Of a stretch of DNA of 64,000 bases, positions 15,120 to 23,752 are shown one piece after another (position 1 is the first letter of the stretch; every line of letters begins with the position of its first letter). The DNA lies in the IMG/VR virus record IMGVR_UViG_3300014501_000015, positions 5,710-69,709 of that record. One strand, given 5' to 3'. The position numbers and the translations under genes were made by a program. Below the pieces are notes generated by a model. That model saw only the letters and a program-made list of their open reading frames with translations. It had not been told where the DNA came from and ran no database searches. The stretch is from a virus.

Positions 15120-17833
15120 CCGCCACCCTCGGCTTCGACCCGTCCTCGCTCCTCGGCCTAGAGCGTCCCGAATTCGACAGGGCATGGAAGAAGCTCTCAC
15201 CGAAGGTGCGCGCGGCCTGGTGGCTGTGGTTCGAGGAGGAGCACTCCACGCCCTGGCGCGCCACCCCTTCGACGATGAGTTGCCACCTGGCGCCGGGGCT
15301 TTGGAAGCCCTACAAGTATTGGATGCTGCTCGGCCAGAAATTCAGGGACGCGGTAACTGGGGTATCACCTCGTCAGCTCTGGGCTGTGCCCCCACGTCTT
15401 GGTAAGAGCAGCCTGGCGAGTCGTTGGGGTCCGGCATGGAGCCTCGACCGAGATCCGACCCAGAAGATCATCCTCGTGTCCTACGGCGATGACCTGGCCG
15501 ACGAGAACGCCCGGTCTGTGCGGGACATCCTGGTCGAGCATTCATCCGTTCTCCGAGCCCAACTCCGGCCCGACGTGAAGCGGCGCGACAGGTTCATGAC
15601 CGAGCAGGGCGGCGGCATTGTCGGGGCGGGTATCGGGTCAGCGCTGACAGGATTCGGAGCCACGGGAGTTTGCCTGGATGACCCCTTCAAAAGCTGGGTA
15701 GAGGCTCATAGCGAGGCACAACGAGATCGTGTCGACTTCGCCTATAGGGCGGTGGTGCGAACCAGGCTGGAGGACGACAACCCCTGGCAAATTCTGCCAG
15801 CCACGAGATGGCATGAAGATGATTTGACCGGACGCCTGCTCGACCGGATGCAGGACGGCACAGGCGAAGAATGGGAGTTGGTCCGCATCCCCGCCATAGC
15901 TGAGCGGTACGACCCCGAGAGCATTGACCCGTGGACCCGCATGCGCGATCCACTAGGGCGCGCCGAGGGCGAGGTCATCGAACCGGAGAAGTTCTCAATC
16001 GAGTTCGAGCGCGAGCGTGCCCGCAGCCTCGGGTCTTTCCTCTCCGCCGCACTCCTCCAGCAACGGCCGGCGCCCGCCGAGGGGGGGGAGTTCAAGAGGT
16101 CATGGTGGCAGATCGAATCGACGATGCCCGAGAAATACCAGCAGATGCTCTCATCGTGGGACATGAAACTGAAGGAACGGGACTCGGGAGACTTCACCGT
16201 CGGTCAGGTGTGGGGTCGTATCGGGAAGGACTGCTGGTTGGTCGATCAGTTCCGGGGCCGATGGACCCAAGCAACTACTGCCTGTGCGATGGCACTGGTC
16301 ACCGTTCGCCACCCGGAGTGCCGACGTCACCTGGTCGAATCCGCCGGGTATGGGCCAGAGGTGATGCAAGCCCTGCGCACCGCCTCACCGGGTTACGTGG
16401 TCAGCGATGACATCGCCGCTCAACTCGGGATGACCACGGACGAACGGGACGCGGTGAGTCGCATTCGTAGCCGAGGATTGGCAGGTCTCATCCCCGTCAC
16501 GCCCAAGGGATCCAAGGTCGTGCGAGCGCGCGCCATCATTCCTTACGTGGAAGCCGGCGACGTTCATTTGCCCTCCCGTGCTCCATGGCTCCCCGAGTTC
16601 CTCGAAGAGTTGTCTGCGTTCCCACAGGGCAATCACGACGACATGTGCCTTCCCGCTGGGACTCAGATCGTTATGCCAGACGGCCCGGTGTCTATCGAAG
16701 CGGTAACTCCCGGTGATCAAGTGCTTGGCGCTTCCGGTTGGGTGACTGTCGAAGATGCGGGGCAGACGGGGATATCGCCGGTACTCGATCAGTTTGGTTT
16801 GCGTGCTACGGCCAAGCATCCGTTCGCTACGGATCGGGGGTGGATTCCTTTCCGTGAGTTACGCCACGATGATATGCTGTGGACGTGCGATGTAAGTACC
16901 CAGGATGTGACCGAGAAGCGGTGGCGAAGGGTTTATGCCATCGATGCTGGAAGCGTCGTGCGACTGGTGCCACGCCACGAAACACCCCACGCCAGTGCCG
17001 GGTGTTTGGTTGCAGCAGGGGCGGGAAGATCACCCGCGGGTATTGCCAACTTCACTATTCCCGGTTCCGTCGTCATGGCGACCCCCTCATTGTCAAAGCC
17101 ACTGAGCGCGGGAGTGTCCGAGTCGAGTCTGTCGAGTTCGGTGGCATCACGTACCGGCGCTATCCCGACTCTGCCCAGGTGGCCCACCGCCGGTACTACA
17201 AGCCTGGCGGTCAATGGATCAAGCAAGGGGTCCAGGCGCTTCACCAAGAGGTATGGAAAGCGAGCAACGGGCCGATCCCCAAGGGCTGGCACGTCCATCA
17301 TCGGAACGAAGATTTCAGCGACAATCGGCCAGAGAATCTGGAATGTCTTCCACGGGGTAAGCACGAGGACAAGCATTCTGCTCAGCGTTCTGCGACCGGA
17401 CGATCTCCGAAGCATCTCGCCCTCCTTGCGCGCATCAGGCCGCTCACCGTGGCGTGGCACCAGTCGCCCGAAGGCAGAGAATGGCACCGGGAACATGCCC
17501 AGATTGTTGGAGCGGCTATCCGCGAGCGGACCACTCATTGCCCACAGAATCACGAATACACCGAGGAGAACACACGGTGGAGTAAGACTGGCGGTCGCCA
17601 ATGCAAGGAATGCCACCGTATACGAGAGCGTGAGTCATACCACCGACGCAAGCGAGCCCGTATTCAACCTGAGAACAAGTGATGGCACATACTTCGCTGA
17701 TGGAGTACTCGTCCACAACTGCGACACGTTGAGCCAGGCCCTCGCGAAGATCCACAACTTGGGGGTCCACAAAACCCGCACCTTTGGCGAAGAGATGCGA
17801 GCCACCACAACCGGCAGTCGGATGGCAGGATGA
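15116..17833 (+). CDS. terL: terminase large subunit, intein-containing (905-aa precursor, ~547 aa spliced)
   Basis: Walker A 'PPRLGKS', Walker B 'LDDP', 'TRWHEDDL', nuclease 'SWD...DFTVG', 'FPQGNHDDM|CDTLSQAL'. Confidence 0.92.
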   Translation: MTATLGFDPSSLLGLERPEFDRAWKKLSPKVRAAWWLWFEEEHSTPWRATPSTMSCHLAPGLWKPYKYWMLLGQKFRDAVTGVSPRQLWAVPPRLGKSSLASRWGPAWSLDRDPTQKIILVSYGDDLADENARSVRDILVEHSSVLRAQLRPDVKRRDRFMTEQGGGIVGAGIGSALTGFGATGVCLDDPFKSWVEAHSEAQRDRVDFAYRAVVRTRLEDDNPWQILPATRWHEDDLTGRLLDRMQDGTGEEWELVRIPAIAERYDPESIDPWTRMRDPLGRAEGEVIEPEKFSIEFERERARSLGSFLSAALLQQRPAPAEGGEFKRSWWQIESTMPEKYQQMLSSWDMKLKERDSGDFTVGQVWGRIGKDCWLVDQFRGRWTQATTACAMALVTVRHPECRRHLVESAGYGPEVMQALRTASPGYVVSDDIAAQLGMTTDERDAVSRIRSRGLAGLIPVTPKGSKVVRARAIIPYVEAGDVHLPSRAPWLPEFLEELSAFPQGNHDDMCLPAGTQIVMPDGPVSIEAVTPGDQVLGASGWVTVEDAGQTGISPVLDQFGLRATAKHPFATDRGWIPFRELRHDDMLWTCDVSTQDVTEKRWRRVYAIDAGSVVRLVPRHETPHASAGCLVAAGAGRSPAGIANFTIPGSVVMATPSLSKPLSAGVSESSLSSSVASRTGAIPTLPRWPTAGTTSLAVNGSSKGSRRFTKRYGKRATGRSPRAGTSIIGTKISATIGQRIWNVFHGVSTRTSILLSVLRPDDLRSISPSLRASGRSPWRGTSRPKAENGTGNMPRLLERLSASGPLIAHRITNTPRRTHGGVRLAVANARNATVYESVSHTTDASEPVFNLRTSDGTYFADGVLVHNCDTLSQALAKIHNLGVHKTRTFGEEMRATTTGSRMAG
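16646..17719 (+). mobile_element. intein (358 aa) in the TerL nuclease motif
   Basis: Block A 'CLPAGTQI', block B 'ATAKHPF', blocks F/G 'PVFNL...YFADGVLVHN', Cys at +1. Confidence 0.92.
16879..17682 (+). CDS. HNH homing endonuclease nested in the -1 frame inside the intein (start GTG 16879 or 16885)
   Basis: Two Cys-rich Zn motifs; 'LHQEVW..NGPIPKGWHVHHRNEDFSDNRPENLECL...H...H'; C-terminal 'HCPQNHEY..ENT...RQCKEC'. Confidence 0.88.
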   Translation: MDVRCKYPGCDREAVAKGLCHRCWKRRATGATPRNTPRQCRVFGCSRGGKITRGYCQLHYSRFRRHGDPLIVKATERGSVRVESVEFGGITYRRYPDSAQVAHRRYYKPGGQWIKQGVQALHQEVWKASNGPIPKGWHVHHRNEDFSDNRPENLECLPRGKHEDKHSAQRSATGRSPKHLALLARIRPLTVAWHQSPEGREWHREHAQIVGAAIRERTTHCPQNHEYTEENTRWSKTGGRQCKECHRIRERESYHRRKRARIQPENK

Positions 17834-18051
17834 CCGAAAAATGGCGACCGTTTTGGCACGAGGAGGACAACCGACTCGTGGCGTTCAAACCTGGCAGACG
17901 GTTTGACCAAACGATGATAGGAGGCTGGCGAGGGCATCCTCAATCGGAGAGGGCCATAGCTCGGGCCATCAGGAAGTGCCAGAAGTGGTGTGACGGCCAG
18001 AACGCCACCGACGATCGGATCAAGCAGGAGCTGAGCAATGCCCGGAAGTGA
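17830..18051 (+). CDS. hypothetical protein
   Basis: ATGA-coupled to terL. Confidence 0.55.
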   Translation: MTEKWRPFWHEEDNRLVAFKPGRRFDQTMIGGWRGHPQSERAIARAIRKCQKWCDGQNATDDRIKQELSNARK

Positions 18052-18556
18052 CCGCTCCCCGCAAGTTCGAGATGGACCTGCTGGGAGACCACGCATCGAG
18101 ACCCGCTCGTGGTCAACCCGGTATCGGGGACCACTGGCGATCCACGCCGCCAAGCGCCCGGCCAAGTTTGCTGACATGAAGGCACTCGTGGGAGACCAGC
18201 CCGAGGCGTGGGACGCCTGGTACACCGCCGGGCTGGTGGCACCGGACGGGAGCACCGATGAGATGCCCTACGGCGCCATCGTGGCCACCTGCACGCTGAC
18301 CGACGTGATCCCGATGGTAGATGAGATCCCGCCCCAAGATGAGTGGCGAGAGCCATGGGGCTGCATGACCATTGAGCCGTGGCCGATCGAGTTCTGGTGG
18401 CCGGGATTCGGGTCAGCCGAGGGCAAGTACCGGGGCGACCAGCGCCCCTACGGCGACTTCGCTCCCGGCCGCTTCGCCTGGCTGCTCGACAACATCGAAC
18501 GGATCGAACCGAGGCCGACCCCGGGCCGACAGGGATTGTGGGAGGTGAGCGACTGA
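18038..18556 (+). CDS. ASCH-like protein with atypical N-terminus
   Basis: 'IETRSWSTRYRGPLAIHAAKR...GAIVA...GDFAPGRFAWLL...GRQGLW'. Confidence 0.7.
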   Translation: MPGSDRSPQVRDGPAGRPRIETRSWSTRYRGPLAIHAAKRPAKFADMKALVGDQPEAWDAWYTAGLVAPDGSTDEMPYGAIVATCTLTDVIPMVDEIPPQDEWREPWGCMTIEPWPIEFWWPGFGSAEGKYRGDQRPYGDFAPGRFAWLLDNIERIEPRPTPGRQGLWEVSD

Positions 18557-18708
18557 CCCGACACCCCGGACACGACAATCCCGCGGCATAGCTCAAGGCG
18601 TAAAGCCCAGGGCGGGCCACCCTTCCCGGTGGCCGCACCGGAGCCGTAAATGCGATCACGGGAGTCCACCGACAGACAAGCGCAAGCCAACTGAAGGAGA
18701 CACCCGAG

Positions 18709-19329
18709 ATGTACCGCAGAATCGCCACTACCGCTGCATTCCTATTGACCGCGACCGCCCTCACGATTGGAACCACTACATGGCAGACGACGTCACAATC
18801 ACCATCCCAGGCAACCTCGCTGACAAGATCATCGGCACTGACTTCCTGGACAAAACCTACCTTCGGGAGACCGTGGCTAATCTCATCATCGAGGCCCGAC
18901 GCGACACTCTCCCCGGCGCCGAAGCCAGCCCTGCCACCCCCGCCAACGACCACGACGACCACGACCCCATCACCGGCGTCCGCATCAGTGACCAACTCGC
19001 CTGCGGCAACTGCACCACCGGCTTCACCAACCCCATCTGCCCCTATCACGGCATCGGCGCCACCGCCTTCGACGGCACCGACCCCCGCTCCGGCCGTGGT
19101 GCAGGGAGGCGACTATGACCACCGATGGGACCTGGTGGCTGCGTGTGAGGAGGGCGGATGGATCGGGTACGCCAGTCCCGAGTACCCCGACAGCCTCGGG
19201 ATCAACTCGACCAACTGGTACGCCAACGGCGGCGGTTCCGATCTTTCGCCAGCGGCGCAGGTGGCCGTGGCCCAGCGGATCGAGGGGACTTCCTACGTCC
19301 CTGACCAAAACGGATGTGCCTCCTGGTAG
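18709..19329 (+). CDS. secreted Rpf-like lytic transglycosylase
   Basis: Signal peptide, S/T/P linker, 'WDLVAACEEGG...LGI...W...GG...SPAAQVAVAQRI'; GAAGGAG RBS. Confidence 0.75.
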   Translation: MYRRIATTAAFLLTATALTIGTTTWQTTSQSPSQATSLTRSSALTSWTKPTFGRPWLISSSRPDATLSPAPKPALPPPPTTTTTTTPSPASASVTNSPAATAPPASPTPSAPITASAPPPSTAPTPAPAVVQGGDYDHRWDLVAACEEGGWIGYASPEYPDSLGINSTNWYANGGGSDLSPAAQVAVAQRIEGTSYVPDQNGCASW

Positions 19330-19338
19330 GGAGCAGCC

Positions 19339-19619
19339 GTGAGCGACCAACCGGCAACACTGACGATCACGGTTGCCATTCCTGCCGACGATGACCACCT
19401 GCTCGACTACGGCGAATGGCTCCTAGAGGACGCCATCGACTAGCACTCTGGCAGCAGGCAACCGCCGAGAATCCCAACTCCAATCACAAGCGAGCCCTGC
19501 GATATCAGGAGCTGCTCCGGTCCTGGGTCCACTGCCCCCACTGCGATGGCTGGAAGAGATCACCCCACCACTGCACGCGAGGCCGGATAACGGTGGTGGT
19601 TCGGTCCTCCATGGCATGA
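19339..19619 (+). pseudogene. apparently frameshifted small gene
   Basis: MSDQPATLT... stops at 19443; protein-like sequence continues in the frame of ORF 19416-19619. Confidence 0.4.
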
Positions 19620-19954
19620 TGGAGCGCATGACCGACGAAATCTGGGAGGGCGACGACGAGGGCGACGACGAGGGCGACGTTCTCCCGGTCCTCGGCCCAG
19701 ACGCCTCAGAGCCGCCCCTCAGTGCCGCCAGGAGCCGTTCTAGGGCCAGAAGGCGCCCATTCCCTCGGGGAGGCATCCCAACGTCCCTGGCGGCTGAGGC
19801 TCGCCGGCAAGTACTCGCGGAGGCCACCGGCAAGGACTTCGCCGAACCCGATGAGTGGCGCGAGGATCTCGCCGTGGGCAACCGGGGCCGGGCATCGTCC
19901 GACATTCAGCGGGGCGGGGACCATAACTCAGCATCCGGCTTCGGATTGGCATAG
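19616..19954 (+). CDS. hypothetical protein
   Basis: ATGA coupling; 12-bp tandem repeat encoding GDDE. Confidence 0.5.
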   Translation: MMERMTDEIWEGDDEGDDEGDVLPVLGPDASEPPLSAARSRSRARRRPFPRGGIPTSLAAEARRQVLAEATGKDFAEPDEWREDLAVGNRGRASSDIQRGGDHNSASGFGLA

Positions 19955-20053
19955 GCTGCTGTCCACGGGAGATGGTCCGATCCGTGAGGACGGACTCGGC
20001 ACCGCTTGTGGTCGATACAGCATCTCCCCCAATCGCCAACCAGAGGAGCCACC

Positions 20054-20398
20054 GTGGCTGAGCAACCCTATGAGACCGTGAGAATGAACGTCGAAGAGGT
20101 TGCTGCACCCCTCGACCCCTCATCGCTACAGGGCGAGTTTGCGCGTCTCGGCGAGAATCTGGAAGGCCTGGACGACGCCGTCGAGCGTCTCAACCAGCGC
20201 ATCACCTCCGTCCTGCACGACGACGATACCGCTCGGATCGAAGAGAAGCCCGACGACTCCGGCCCACAGGTGACGTTGCGGGTTCGGTGGGTCGCCGACC
20301 GTATCGCGCGGACGAGCTCCAGTCCATCGCCGACCGAGTGGATCTGTAGCGCGTATACGTGGTGGCGCATGTCAGCGTTGAAGGCAGATCCCAGTTAG
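20054..20398 (+). CDS. hypothetical coiled-coil protein
   Basis: GAGGAG RBS before GTG 20054. Confidence 0.5.
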   Translation: MAEQPYETVRMNVEEVAAPLDPSSLQGEFARLGENLEGLDDAVERLNQRITSVLHDDDTARIEEKPDDSGPQVTLRVRWVADRIARTSSSPSPTEWICSAYTWWRMSALKADPS

Positions 20399-20429
20399 CG
20401 CGGTGACCGGCAGGTAGCATCCCTGGTCA

Positions 20430-20540
20430 ATGGCCAAAGTCTCTAAGCCGAAGAAGCCAAAAACCTACAAAGCGAAACGGCCGAAGAAGATGACCGGCGT
20501 TAAGAAGGTCAAGCCCAGGACCGTCGTTCTCGGGCAGTGA
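20430..20540 (+). CDS. 36-aa Lys-rich peptide
   Basis: MAKVSKPKKPKTYKAKRPKK...; GTGA-coupled to the next gene. Confidence 0.55.
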   Translation: MAKVSKPKKPKTYKAKRPKKMTGVKKVKPRTVVLGQ

Positions 20541-20845
20541 CCACCTTCCCTCACTCATTCTGGTGGTTCGTCGTTGACGCCCTGGCCGTCGCGCGGCTCT
20601 CCCGTCTCATCGCGTACGACACCATTACCCGTTCGTTGCGCCTGTGGGCCGCGGGTGCGCGACCGAGCGGGAACCCGCAACGTCCACGGCTGGCGGCTTG
20701 GCTGTCATGCCCTTGGTGTCTATCGCCCTATCTAGCCGCTGGCGTTCTCGCCGCTACCGCGTATATCGCCGGCGTCTGGCAATGGGTCGCCGCCGGGCTC
20801 GCGTTCTCCGAAGTGGCCGGGTTCCTCGCGGAGTATGACGGCTGA
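20537..20845 (+). CDS. DUF1360-like membrane protein
   Basis: 'LAVARLSRLIAYDTIT...LSCPWCLS'. Confidence 0.75.
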   Translation: MTTFPHSFWWFVVDALAVARLSRLIAYDTITRSLRLWAAGARPSGNPQRPRLAAWLSCPWCLSPYLAAGVLAATAYIAGVWQWVAAGLAFSEVAGFLAEYDG

Positions 20846-22905
20846 TGGCCCGCCGACACGCGCCCGTCCTTGAGCCTCCCCCTGCTGACATCCCGATCGA
20901 GCTGGCCGCGGTGCCGCGGGTGAACCGGGACAAGCAGACGTTGTGGACCCGACGCCGACAGATACGCGAGCGCGGCTTGTCCGCTCGGTCGAAAGAACTC
21001 TCGCGAATCAACGAGGGGCTAGTCGCTGCGGCGATGGTGATGGACCCAAACTCGTACAACGCGCCGTCGCCCAACGCGATAACGAGGACTTGGCAGCACG
21101 CGGCATTCGGCTACCGGGCCAGCGTGGGAGAACTCAACGCCGCGACGATGTACGTCGGTAACGCTCTCTCTCAATGCAGTCTGACCGTAGGCAAGCGCAA
21201 CCCTGATGGCTCGGTTGAGCAGGGCTACGACGGCGAAGAGCCGGTTGACGGGCTGGAGACGGCCGTGGCTGAGGAAGCCAGCGATCTCATCTCGGTCATT
21301 CGGTCGAAGCGCGGCGGGCAGAGCGAGTTACTCCGGTCATCGGGCGAAAAGCTATTCGTGGCCGGTGAGTTGTACTACGTCCCCGAGGACACCCCACAAG
21401 GAATCCAGTTCGATATCCTCTCTACCCAGGAGCTTCTCCGCGACGGCAACACCTGGACGAAGTACCTCGGCCCTGGCTATGGCGCCGTCCCCTTGCCACC
21501 CGGTGTTAACCCGGTACGGGTGTGGCGATCCGATGGGCAGTGGTCGATGCTGGCGACATCCTCAGTGCGCTCGTGCCTTGAGTTGCTCGAAGAGCTGGTC
21601 GTGCTCACCCGACTTGTTCGGTCATCAGCTATCAGCCGCATGGCACTTGCAGGTGTACTTGCCATCCCCGACGAACTCGACACTCCTGATGATGAGGAAG
21701 GCCCGGACGGTCAGCAATCCGAGGCTATGAACCCTCTCGCGGTCGACATGATTAACACCGGGGCCAAGGCCATTGACGACCCAGCCAACGCCAGCGCGTG
21801 GATGCCGTTCATCATCCAAGGGCCAGCGGAGTACCTCCAGCACATCAAGCATATCCCCTTCGAGGCGGCGAGCCAGGAGCAGGTCATCCAACGGACGGAG
21901 GCGTTGCAACGGTTGGCACAGGGACTTGATATGCCCGTCGAGGTAATTCTTGGCCATATGAGCACGACCTTCACCAACGCCCAACAAATAAGCATCGATA
22001 CGTTCCGAATTCACTTGGAACCCACCCTGCAACTCATCTGCGACGCGCTCACCGTGGCCTACCTCTGGCCGGCGATGGCGAAGAACCGTGGGATCGACCC
22101 CGAACACCTCGCGGCCGGCGAGCCGTACCCCGACGACATCCTCAGCGTGGCGGTGACCTACGACGCCCACCATCTCGTCTCCCAGCCCGACCGCAGCAAG
22201 GACATGCTGGAGCTCTACGTTCACGACACCACGCAATCCTCAGTCAAGATCGCCGAGATACGCGACACGCTCGGACTCGACCCGAACGAAGTCGTAGACC
22301 CGCTGGAGATCGCCGCCCGGGTCGACGCCATCCGGCTCACCAAGATCCGAGAGACCATCGTCGCTCCGGCTTCGGACGCCGCAGTTGGTGTGTCGCAGAT
22401 CGATGACGCGGTCGTCCCGGGCGAGTCGGGAGGTTCACAGATCATCGAGAAGAAAGTCGGCACCGCGGGAATCACGGCCTCAGCCAGCATCGCCGGACAT
22501 TCGGAGCCCGAAGCCGTGCTGGCATGGAAGGTGCAAGCGGCATGTGATCTCACCGTGGCGCGGGCTGTCGAGCGCCTCGGCGCCAAGCTTCGTACCAAGT
22601 TCAAGCAACCCGAGCGCGAGAAGTGGGCAGCCATCTCCAACGCCGACCTCGCCTCCCACCTGGGCATCGACGAGACCACCCGATTCCTCGGCGGCGATAC
22701 GGACGAAGCGGTCAGAGCCGAAGTCTCCACGCTGGTCACCCACGTATCCGAATGGGCCTCTGCGGCCGGGCACACTCACCCGAGCGACGTCGCGGCCGCG
22801 GTCGGTGTGCTGGCAGTCGATACCGTGCAGCTCCACATCACCATCGGCGCGCCTATGACGGTTGACCACGGCGTCGTCTGCGGGATGCTCGATGGCGCCA
22901 CGTAG
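20845..22905 (+). CDS. portal protein
   Basis: Position and size; 'WQ..AFGY...VGEL', 'LFVAGELYY', 'RVWR', 'RLAQGLDMPVEVILG'. Confidence 0.8.
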   Translation: MARRHAPVLEPPPADIPIELAAVPRVNRDKQTLWTRRRQIRERGLSARSKELSRINEGLVAAAMVMDPNSYNAPSPNAITRTWQHAAFGYRASVGELNAATMYVGNALSQCSLTVGKRNPDGSVEQGYDGEEPVDGLETAVAEEASDLISVIRSKRGGQSELLRSSGEKLFVAGELYYVPEDTPQGIQFDILSTQELLRDGNTWTKYLGPGYGAVPLPPGVNPVRVWRSDGQWSMLATSSVRSCLELLEELVVLTRLVRSSAISRMALAGVLAIPDELDTPDDEEGPDGQQSEAMNPLAVDMINTGAKAIDDPANASAWMPFIIQGPAEYLQHIKHIPFEAASQEQVIQRTEALQRLAQGLDMPVEVILGHMSTTFTNAQQISIDTFRIHLEPTLQLICDALTVAYLWPAMAKNRGIDPEHLAAGEPYPDDILSVAVTYDAHHLVSQPDRSKDMLELYVHDTTQSSVKIAEIRDTLGLDPNEVVDPLEIAARVDAIRLTKIRETIVAPASDAAVGVSQIDDAVVPGESGGSQIIEKKVGTAGITASASIAGHSEPEAVLAWKVQAACDLTVARAVERLGAKLRTKFKQPEREKWAAISNADLASHLGIDETTRFLGGDTDEAVRAEVSTLVTHVSEWASAAGHTHPSDVAAAVGVLAVDTVQLHITIGAPMTVDHGVVCGMLDGAT

Positions 22906-23752
22906 GCTCATCCCCAAATCCACGGTCGAAGACTGGGAGGTCCGCCTCCACGACGCGGCCAGCGCGGCAGTCGCCGAGATGCACGCCCATGTCAAGTCCA
23001 CCCTGGCCGCGCACGGGATCCAACTCTCAGCCCTGACCGCCGCGGGTGAAGGGGTGAAGGCATGGAGTGCGGCCGTCTGGGCTGCGGCTATCGCCAAGCA
23101 CGTCACCCCCGTTGCCAATCAAATCGCCACCGAGGCTCAGAGCGCGGCACAGGATGCGGTCCCCGCGGATGCTACGTGGGGGATGCCGTCGAGCGCGCCG
23201 GCCATCTCCGCGACACTCGTGGCATCGGTAGTGGCCGCGGGTACCTATCTCGGGTCGCGACTAAACGCCAATATCAGTTCCGCGACAGATCCGGCACAGG
23301 CTGCCGATGACGTCTTTGCCACCGCGGGCGACATCATCGGTGGGCAGCTCGGGGCCTCGGCAGAAATGGTAAGCAACTGGGCGACTCAGGACGTCTCCAG
23401 CTATCTGCAATCGGCCATGGGTAATACCTACGATGCGGCAACAAAGGTTTGGGGGACAGCCGGAGACGACCACGTAAGACCAGATCACCAGGATGCCGAG
23501 GGCCAAGAGGTTCCCATTAACGCCACGTTCTCCGTCGGTGGCGAGGACCTTTTGTATCCAGGCGATCCTGACGGTAGCGATGAACAGACGGCCGGATGCC
23601 GTTGTTTTACAACCACTACAGGAATTGAACCGGGGCAAGCGATCTACGGAACGCCAGAGGACCAGGACGCCTCACAGGGGCTCGAAACTATCCTCAATCG
23701 CGCCGGCCGACAGACCTCATTGCCGACTAGTCCCCGCGACTACCCGAACTGA
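22892..23752 (+). CDS. phage minor head protein (Mu gpF-like)
   Basis: 'KVW....DDHVRPDH..AEGQEVP....FSVGG..L.YPGDP......GCRC'. Confidence 0.8.
   Translation: MAPRRLIPKSTVEDWEVRLHDAASAAVAEMHAHVKSTLAAHGIQLSALTAAGEGVKAWSAAVWAAAIAKHVTPVANQIATEAQSAAQDAVPADATWGMPSSAPAISATLVASVVAAGTYLGSRLNANISSATDPAQAADDVFATAGDIIGGQLGASAEMVSNWATQDVSSYLQSAMGNTYDAATKVWGTAGDDHVRPDHQDAEGQEVPINATFSVGGEDLLYPGDPDGSDEQTAGCRCFTTTTGIEPGQAIYGTPEDQDASQGLETILNRAGRQTSLPTSPRDYPN

Noticed and set aside
16933-17616. Minus-strand 227-aa ORF inside the intein as a third gene
   Set aside because: No motif or RBS; antisense ORFs are common at this GC content
18583-18610. tRNA (TAGCTCAA..GTAAAGC resembles a D-arm)
   Set aside because: No T-arm (GTTCRA) or matching acceptor stem downstream
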